From an uncultured Nitrososphaerales archaeon (lineage in GTDB: Archaea > Thermoproteota > Nitrososphaeria > Nitrososphaerales > Nitrososphaeraceae): a DNA stretch of 64,000 bases. The DNA lies in assembly GCA_963713605.1 (NCBI GenBank), contig CAVQMO010000001.1, forward strand, positions 1,088,001 through 1,152,000. Direction: 5' to 3'. Both the position numbers and the translations under genes were made by a program. Below the pieces are notes generated by a model. The model did not search any database. It was not told the DNA's origin and worked only from the letters and a program-made list of their open reading frames with translations. Shown here one piece after another: positions 56,667 through 64,000 of the stretch (positions are counted from its first letter, which is position 1; each line of letters starts with the position of its first letter).

Positions 56667-59031
56667 ATGATGCTCCCAAGTATAGGAATTAGGAACACTA
56701 CATTTCATCTAACGAAGAGGTTTACGTCGGTTGCAGCGTTCGTAATATTTGCATTTTTACTTTTTATGCAGACCGTAGGAGCTTCCTTGGAGCAGGCAGC
56801 AACCTCACAACAGCAACCTCCCTGATCTGGTCAGCTTCGTGCCGATTCCAATAGCCGTTCCTCTCAATACGGATTCTAATAAAGGAAACATAACTCCAAA
56901 TAGTGAGGGAAATTCAATACCAAATAATCCATCTATCACGCAAGCTGCCACCTGTCAAAAATTGGCAGTGCCTTCTGCAACAGCAAATGGTAACGACGGT
57001 AACGTACCATCGAACGCCTTAGACAACGACCTTAATACCAGATGGTCAAACAATGGTATTGGTTCATGGATTCAACTTGACTTGGGAGCAAAGAAAAGCA
57101 TATGCAGTGTAGACATTGCTTGGCATCGAGGCAGTGAAGGTAGAATAAATAATTTTATGATTCAATGGTCAAGTGATGGAGTTAATTTCTCACCTAAGAC
57201 CCCTCGAACAAGTAGCGGTACCACTTCCTCTTTAGAAAGATATGCAATGCCAGCAGGCACAGAGGCAAGATATATGAGAATTACAGTGAACGGAAATAAT
57301 GAGAATGACTGGGCCAGTATATCGGAGATTGCGGTTTTCGGGGGCAACCCCAGGTACCTGGAGGCAGTAGTGGGGGGATCCTCTACCATAAATGGCAGAA
57401 TATTCCAAGTAAGAGTAATATCTGGTCTGCATGGGTGAACATCGGAAGTGCCATAAATATACGAGGAGATCCGATAGTAGCTCAGAATTCTGGTGGAAGA
57501 CTAGAGGTATTTGCAGTAAATGCAGCAAATAACCAGCTGTACCACAAATGGCAGAATATTGCAAGTAATAGTGATAGCTGGTCAGCATGGGTGAACATTG
57601 GCAGTGGGATAACTATAAGAGGAACTCCTATAGTAGCCAAGAACCTTGATGGAAGATTAGAAGTATTTGCAGTAAATGCAGCAAATAACCAACTCTACCA
57701 CAAATGGCAGACCAAAGCTGGAGATAGCAATAGCTGGTCGGCGTGGGAGGTACTGGGTCTAAACGTCAAGAGCGGGACGAACCCTGTCATTGTTTCTAAC
57801 AAGGATGGAAGATTAGAGGTATTTGCAGTAAATGCAGCAAATAACCAACTCTACCACAAATGGCAGAACTCTCCGAACAGTAGGTACCAGCTGGTCTGCC
57901 TGGGTGAACATTGGCAGTGCAATAACCATAAGAGGAGATCCTGTAATAGCGATGAACTCCGATGGAAGATTAGAGGCCTTCGCAGTAAACCCAGAGGCCA
58001 GCGCAAATAAGCCTCCAACAGCAGACCCAAAATCTGTAACTACTAGCATGAATACAGCAAAAGACATTACACTCACTGGTAAGGATCCAGAGAACGGGCC
58101 ACTTACATTTGCAGTAGTCGATCCTCCAGATCATGGAGGGTTGACTAACGTCGCAGGGGAGCAAACATAAAGAAGTACACTCCTACTACTGGTTTTACAG
58201 GTCAGGATAGTTTTACCTATACAGCAAAGGATAACAAAGGAGCGTGAGTGCCAAAGCAACCGTAAGTGTTACTGTATTGAAGCCAGGAGGTCCTCCAACT
58301 CATACTGATTTTCCATACGCATTCGTTGGTTCACCTCAAGGTATGAAGGATGAAGGATGGGATACCAGGCACTACGCTTCAGGAAAACCTGACGACATAA
58401 CTCATGAATGGAGTGGAGAAACTTCTGCTCAAAATTACGCGATCATAATAGACATCACGATAACAAAGATCGATCATGATGATACTATAAGTTTCAAATT
58501 TGGAGGCACTCATATGGGAGCGGTTGGTACGACAATACTTACTCATTTAATTCAGGTCAGGCTTGTATTGGAAAAGAAGAAGATCATCCATCAACTGACC
58601 TATGTGTGGTTTCTGGAAAAAGTATCGGCAATCTTGTCAATACTCCTGTCAAATTAGCAGCCGTAAATATCGGGAAAGGCGAGAAGCTAGAGATGTATAG
58701 CAATCTAGGTTCAGGATGGACAAAAGACGTAGAGAGCTCAAATGGTGTTGACGGATTCAGACCACAGGTAGATGAGGATGAGGTTGTAATCCGGATTGAT
58801 GGTGCTCCAGGAATTGAGATGCGTTCAGCCCAGATAGTCGAGATAGATCCTGCTTCAGGCGGTATCACTACTGCTGTTCCCACTACTACACTTACGCCAA
58901 CTCCTCCTGGTAATATGGCCAGTACCGAAGATGACGGTTGGACTGAAGGTGACTATGAAGGAACTTCTGAGGAGAAAAATAAACTAGCACGACAAGATTG
59001 GGAAGGCGCTGGTAGACCAGGTGATAAGTAA
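56667..59031 (+). CDS. Large secreted multidomain lectin/adhesin: discoidin (F5/8C), Trp-rich beta-propeller lectin repeats, Ig-like domain and C-terminal domain; several frameshifts
   Basis: Signal peptide from ATG 56667 and discoidin NALDNDLNTRWS...WIQLDLG...SISEI. Repeats GRLEVFAVNAANNQLYHKWQ...WSAW and an Ig-like NKPPTA...YTP.TGFTGQDSFTY follow. Confidence 0.8.
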
Positions 59032-59329
59032 GATGGTGATGATGAAGACCGATACTCGGGCCTACCAACTCCATCATAAGCTGGAGAAACAGGGATTGTA
59101 GATCGTGATAGCGGAGGTTTGTTAATCCTCAAGAACCTTGTCCAGACAACGAAGAAAAGCCAGTCATGATTCTCTGTCCGGGTGGAGTGACAGCACGTCG
59201 AATTTGTAACAGAACTTGAAATAGATAAAACCATATATTATGAAATCGCAGAAACTATGTTGAGATGCGCGCTTGATCATCGTTGTCAACTCATAATAAT
59301 ATTTCTTCTTTGATGCTTTGAACGATAAT

Positions 59330-59490
59330 ATTGTAAATTTTTCTGCAAGTTCCCTCATGACTATGAATCTTTTTGCTGCGATGCAATTTTGGCCAGTATT
59401 TAACAATCTCGCATAAGCTGCTTGAGTCACGGTATGATTTAGATCTGCATCTTCTAAGACAATAAAGGGGTCACTTCCTCCCAACTCTTT
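59330..59490 (-). pseudogene. Aldehyde dehydrogenase (succinate-semialdehyde dehydrogenase-like) fragment
   Basis: Isolated [16 protein letters not shown]...[15 protein letters not shown] with no flanking ALDH sequence. Confidence 0.8.
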
Positions 59491-60024
59491 GTGTTAGAGA
59501 TCTAATTCTTCAAAATCTTAGTAGCTGCCTAAAGGCTGTTGTTACAGGATCTTCCAAGCAAGAATTAGATACTATAAGAGGGTACTATTTTGGGATTGAT
59601 CTGTTTAAAGTCGCGGTAAATGGAGACGAATTTGAAGGAAGAGGTACACCTCACCCTGCCGAATTTAGTTGCCCTGAGTCGGTTTGGAGTTCCGTTTCCT
59701 GACGAATTGATAGTGGAGAATGCTGACCTTGGGTGTACGAGCCTGCGAAGAGAGGCAGCAGGAGTAGAATGCATAGCGGGACTTAAATCCTCACTATTAG
59801 CTGTTACGAGTTCCAAAGATTTGATAGACGACATAATAAAATAAAATATTTTGCGACATGAATGCTGCCAGAGGCAATTAAGACACGGAAGGAACTATAA
59901 TTATCCAGTTAACTCCCAAATTTTATAGTATAGTTTTGATAGTAATCAGAGATAGATTATATTTCTCATACCACATCCTTGATGCCTTAATACAATTCTG
60001 AAAATATCTGTAAAAGAAAAAGAG

Positions 60025-60228
60025 TTAGCGCAAGGCTAGTCGTTCATCATGAGACCATGTGCGTTTAGATGGCATAATCTTCTTCTCGGTAGATGACACG
60101 TTCCACCACGCAACAAGACCTGTACACCTGCGGCATCGAAGCTTTATTGTAGAAGCTTCTATCTTGAATTCAAACATGTTGGGATCGGTTATATCGTGGT
60201 TACATTTGCAAATTTTATTTCGTGGCAT
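60025..60228 (-). CDS. Small Cys-rich zinc-ribbon-like protein
   Basis: CKCNH...LRCRRC. Confidence 0.55.
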   Translation of the reverse strand: MPRNKICKCNHDITDPNMFEFKIEASTIKLRCRRCTGLVAWWNVSSTEKKIMPSKRTWSHDERLALR

Positions 60229-60555
60229 ATTTTTTATTAATTGTATATTCTCAAAAAAGAGGTAATACGTGATCGGATAAATTTGGCTGTCAAAATACTA
60301 TATACTTAACTTCTTGTGGCCTATGGTTGCCTAATGTAATAGCACGGATATGGGTATCTCTTCAACTATCAGGTCCTTTGCTCTAAGTCGAGCGCACGAC
60401 GGTAGGGTCTTTCATTAGCTGGATAATCCCTAGCTGCTCTACGCTTATTTGATATTAAATAGAAGGTTAACCGCATCATTTATAATGATATAGATTTAGT
60501 TAGAAAAAATAAAAAAAGAAGTTACTTTCGGTGTTTCGGAGAATTCTATAATATG

Positions 60556-60826
60556 TTACTTAGCATCGTTACCATCGTTGCCGAGCGATGGAAATGCTTG
60601 AGCTGCTCCTAACGACACTACGTTCTCCTCACCTTGAACCTGTGAATCAACATTCTGACATCCAACGTTCAAAGGTAGCTCACCATTTCCACAAGCATTT
60701 GCTTGTGAGATTGCTTGGTTCTTACCCTTGTATTTGGTTGCTAACGCACTGTCGGCTGTTATTGTTGTTGCTCCCACTAACGTGGCTCGCTATTACTGCT
60801 ACCATTGCGATATATTTGAAGTTCAT
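60556..60826 (-). CDS. Small secreted two-Cys protein (SQANACGNGELPLN family); 1-nt insertion at ~60788
   Basis: ATG at 60826 gives MNFKYIAMVAVIAATLVGATTITADSALA...NQAISQANACGNGELPLNVGCQNVDSQVQGEENVV after removing one base from GCGAGC. Confidence 0.8.
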
Positions 60827-60864
60827 GTTTCTGTTACTTAGAAGGCATGTGATGCTTATGTGAG

Positions 60865-60898
60865 TTAAGCAAATTCGAACACTTACTTAAATCTGATA
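60865..60898 (-). promoter_or_regulatory. Conserved upstream element shared with the paralog at 55590-55623
   Basis: + strand TTAAGCAAATTC-N9-CTTAAATCTGATA, 39 nt from the ATG. Confidence 0.7.
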
Positions 60899-61484
60899 TT
60901 TATTCTATTAGAACGATATCAGACGTTGGTCGAAAGATTCTCGTACTATACACAGGTGCTGGATTACAGGCTATGTCAAATATGTTAGAACCTAGTTTAT
61001 GCTTACCACGAAACCATTAGGAAAAGGCGCTACAAAGTTTTCTACGAATACGAAGGACGTAGCTAAAAAGTGTAGAACCTAAGTCTAGATTTTCAGAGAG
61101 TTACCACACTATCAGGATTCCATCCTAGGGCGTTGCTTGCTGAGTTATATGTCAGAAGTAACCCTTTTCATAAAATTCTCATTTGGTTTTGTTGATGTAA
61201 TGCTATTATCTGCTCAGACATTCAGAAAATAGTTGATAATACATTTGTTCTTTCAAGAATAATTAAATATTCTAAATCCAATATTAGGATTTGAATTAAG
61301 TTCTAGTTTCGCTGTCATAGCGGAAGCAATTGATTATATCTCAATAAACAAGTAAGCTCAAAAAAGAAAAATACTGCGGTTAATAAAGGTTGAACTAATC
61401 ATAAAGAAGTGGCTCCAATGAAACTTACATAATATGAGTAAAATGCCAAAACCGTAATATTATCTAAATTATCGTACCACTGTG

Positions 61485-61993
61485 TCAGGGGAACGGAATC
61501 AATGAGGGTCCATCGGAGGAATCGTCTCCCCCATTATCCGAATCCACAGTATCACTCTCTTCTCCATCATCAGAGTCTTGCACCAGGCTATCACTATTCT
61601 CATTCTCATCATTATTGTTACTATATCACTGTCACTTTCTCCTGAACTAGTCGTAGCGGGGTTATCATTCGGAACCGTGCCGCCGAGATCCTCTTCCGTT
61701 GGGGAGATATCTGGGAGCATTAACGGGGTCCCGGAGTTCTCTGTAACTGAATCACCAGTCGATTCAGTGTCAGTGGAGGGTGAGGAAGATGATGAGGAAG
61801 ATGATAGTTTTGATGGCCCTGTTGTAACTTCGCAATCACTCGCATTGTCAAAGCGGTCGCACAATAGGGTGCTAGCATACAGCTGACCTGTCATCAGGCT
61901 TGTGACCAAAAGCAAAGTAAAAACGGAAAACAGGCTAAAGGCTAACAGAATTCTAGTAAGAGAGCCTTCCTTATAGCCAGGAAAATAGCGCAT
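61485..61993 (-). CDS. Secreted Ser/Asp/Glu-rich low-complexity protein; frameshift near 61620
   Basis: Signal/TM segment, a Cys pair and a Ser run. An acidic tail continues in another frame to DGPSLIPFP*. Confidence 0.65.
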
Positions 61994-62153
61994 ATCCTTT
62001 CATTTGTTTACGTTGACTTGGGATATATGGGTTTATGTGAAAGAATGCCAGAAAATCCCACCTTGGTGACACTCACACTACGACTTACTCTAGGCGGTAA
62101 ATATCTGACTGCACCAATTTTCAATTAGGCATATTGCGCAAAAGTGCGGTTTA

Positions 62154-62753
62154 TTATTCTATTATTTGTCCAACCCTGAGATTTACAGTGACGGGATTAG
62201 ATATGGACACTAATTTTCCTGGTCCGGTAATTGTTGTCGTTGCAGTTACGTCCTTGATCTTCTCATCGAGAAATGTCGTTGCAAGTTGTATTGTACCGCT
62301 CTTATTGGCTATCAGTGGTTCCGAAAAAGAAGATATCTTAAGCAGTGATTGGTTCGCACTATGAACTTCCATTACTGCATTTATAGGTTTGTTGATAAGA
62401 GATGGATCATTCACCGTATAATTCAAAAGTAATTTAACTTGATTTCCAGGGCTGTTCGTCAGTGGAATAAAGTGCGCATAGTCTAGTTCTTGAGAAATTC
62501 TTTTGGAGGCTGAAGATGTCTGTTGTGCTGGTACCTCTTCAGGCGTAACTTCAGGCTCTTCTTCGGTCTCAGTCTCAGGTCCTACTTGCGCATCCTCATC
62601 CGTTCCTGGGCTGATAGTTACTTGTGCATTAATTTGGCGTTCTGAGTAAGCTGCAAGCAACAAAATGAATACAAAGGATATGAAAGTAACTGGAAATAAT
62701 GAATTTCTCGATTTGTTACTTATTGATGACAAGATGACCCGTATTAGGTTCAT
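62154..62753 (-). CDS. Secreted hypothetical protein
   Basis: TM segment, acidic linker and a beta-rich domain (FIPLTNSPGNQVKLLLNY). Confidence 0.7.
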   Translation of the reverse strand: MNLIRVILSSISNKSRNSLFPVTFISFVFILLLAAYSERQINAQVTISPGTDEDAQVGPETETEEEPEVTPEEVPAQQTSSASKRISQELDYAHFIPLTNSPGNQVKLLLNYTVNDPSLINKPINAVMEVHSANQSLLKISSFSEPLIANKSGTIQLATTFLDEKIKDVTATTTITGPGKLVSISNPVTVNLRVGQIIE

Positions 62754-63001
62754 TAAGCGTTAAATAGATTGCTCTTTTCTTTTGAATGCAAAACAAAATT
62801 AGAGAACACACAGGTCAAATTAGGATCATAAAATACAACTCCTCACCATTTGATCTCCTGACCTAAACTTCAAGCGAATTTGTAATGAACCGTGTCAATC
62901 TTCTCAAAAGACTAGCTCTCCTGTATTCGTCGTTATGAAAGCAAGTTCTATATTTTGTTGGCATAAAAGGTTATTAGATATTATGAAGCTCCTATACGAA
63001 G

Positions 63002-63715
63002 ATGACAAAAACTAGTAAAATGTATCAACGTTTAACAAAGTGCAGGACTTTTTTCAGTGTCGTATTGCTCTCAGTGATTTTCCTGGGATTCATAGCACCC
63101 AATCTGGTAGCTGCGCAACAGCAAACTACAGTTGGACCGGGTAACGGGACAACTACAGGAAACACTACGTCAGGTCTTACTTCACAGTCCCCGTCTCAAA
63201 CACTGGGACAAGCACAGCCTGGTAACGATAGTACTCCAATTGAGACTAAGTTGGAACCTAATGTGGATCAGCCTTTTGTCTGGAGAGGCCTTATTACGTC
63301 AAAGATAGACGGTTTGCCATCGCCTGAAAATGATGTACAGTCGGCTGTTATTCTTCCGTTACGTGACGATAATGGCATATACGCTGGAACACTGACTTAT
63401 CAGGCTAATTCGCCAGTTGACGTAACCGTTTGGAACGATGTAGCACCAGGAATCTCAACAGCTATTCCGGAGGATTTGGGAGAAATTGAAGATATAGGGG
63501 TCGTAGAAAATAAGACGGTTATTCCGACAGTTGTAACTTCCGGAACTTCAGGTTCTGTTCCATTTCTAGGAAATGCACTAGAATTACGTGGGGATGATGA
63601 GACGCCATTTGTTGCAACATACGCTATTAGCGCCAATGCAGCAAATCCAGAGCGAATTAGTAATTTGACAAACACAGGCAATGTGACGGGTGAGGTTGAA
63701 GAACAGGATGAGTAA
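63002..63715 (+). CDS. Secreted hypothetical protein (paralog of 50087-50686)
   Basis: Signal peptide plus ILPLRDDNGIYAGTLTYQANSPVDV...GSVPFLGNALEL...FVATYAI. Confidence 0.75.
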   Translation: MTKTSKMYQRLTKCRTFFSVVLLSVIFLGFIAPNLVAAQQQTTVGPGNGTTTGNTTSGLTSQSPSQTLGQAQPGNDSTPIETKLEPNVDQPFVWRGLITSKIDGLPSPENDVQSAVILPLRDDNGIYAGTLTYQANSPVDVTVWNDVAPGISTAIPEDLGEIEDIGVVENKTVIPTVVTSGTSGSVPFLGNALELRGDDETPFVATYAISANAANPERISNLTNTGNVTGEVEEQDE

Positions 63716-63886
63716 TAGTGGGCGGTAGTTCACCCTCTTAACCCTTAGTTAGAATTCAAACTAATTAAAATTTTTATCATCATTTGTTTATTACATGGTA
63801 TTTAAATCACTTGGACTGACTTCCCCTAAGAATATCGCGTACCGGACTTTAATAAGAGTTAAATTAAGCGATGAAGGGTTTGAGTG

Positions 63887-64000
63887 ATGATGGAAGACTT
63901 TAGAAGGATCAAAGTCCTTGTTATGGGTTCATGTGTCATATTGTGCCTCGCATTTGCAGTTTTTGGTACTCTCCCCGTTCAAAATCCACTCGAGGTGGTA
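63887..64000 (+). CDS. Partial secreted/membrane protein (runs off the window)
   Basis: MMEDFRRIKVLVMGSCVILCLAFAVFG..., open to the window end. Confidence 0.45.
   Translation, partial: MMEDFRRIKVLVMGSCVILCLAFAVFGTLPVQNPLEVV

Noticed and set aside
59565..59844. Overlapping opposite-strand ORFs of 74 and 89 aa
   Set aside because: No recognisable motif, and I cannot decide which, if either, is real.

Overview
Archaeal chromosomal window, most consistent with a soil ammonia-oxidising archaeon (Nitrososphaerota, probably Nitrososphaeraceae). This is inferred from TFB, CDC48, Lrp, HTH_45-type regulators, several cupredoxins, FxLYD proteins, a PQQ sugar dehydrogenase and many small secreted proteins. 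It opens with carA-carB on the minus strand, continues through housekeeping and envelope genes, and ends in a ~17 kb tract of secreted, low-complexity and lectin-like surface proteins. The main finding is a 28-nt insertion (3079-3106) inside the conserved CarB motif GEAGE|FDYSG. It folds into a bulge-helix-bulge-type structure whose canonical cleavage sites restore the reading frame exactly, so it is a candidate endonuclease-spliced intron in a protein-coding mRNA. Most other frameshifts are 1-nt indels, many at GCWGC sites. They look like systematic long-read errors, possibly revealing a GCWGC methylome, rather than real pseudogenes. No rRNA, tRNA, CRISPR array or intact mobile element was recognised.
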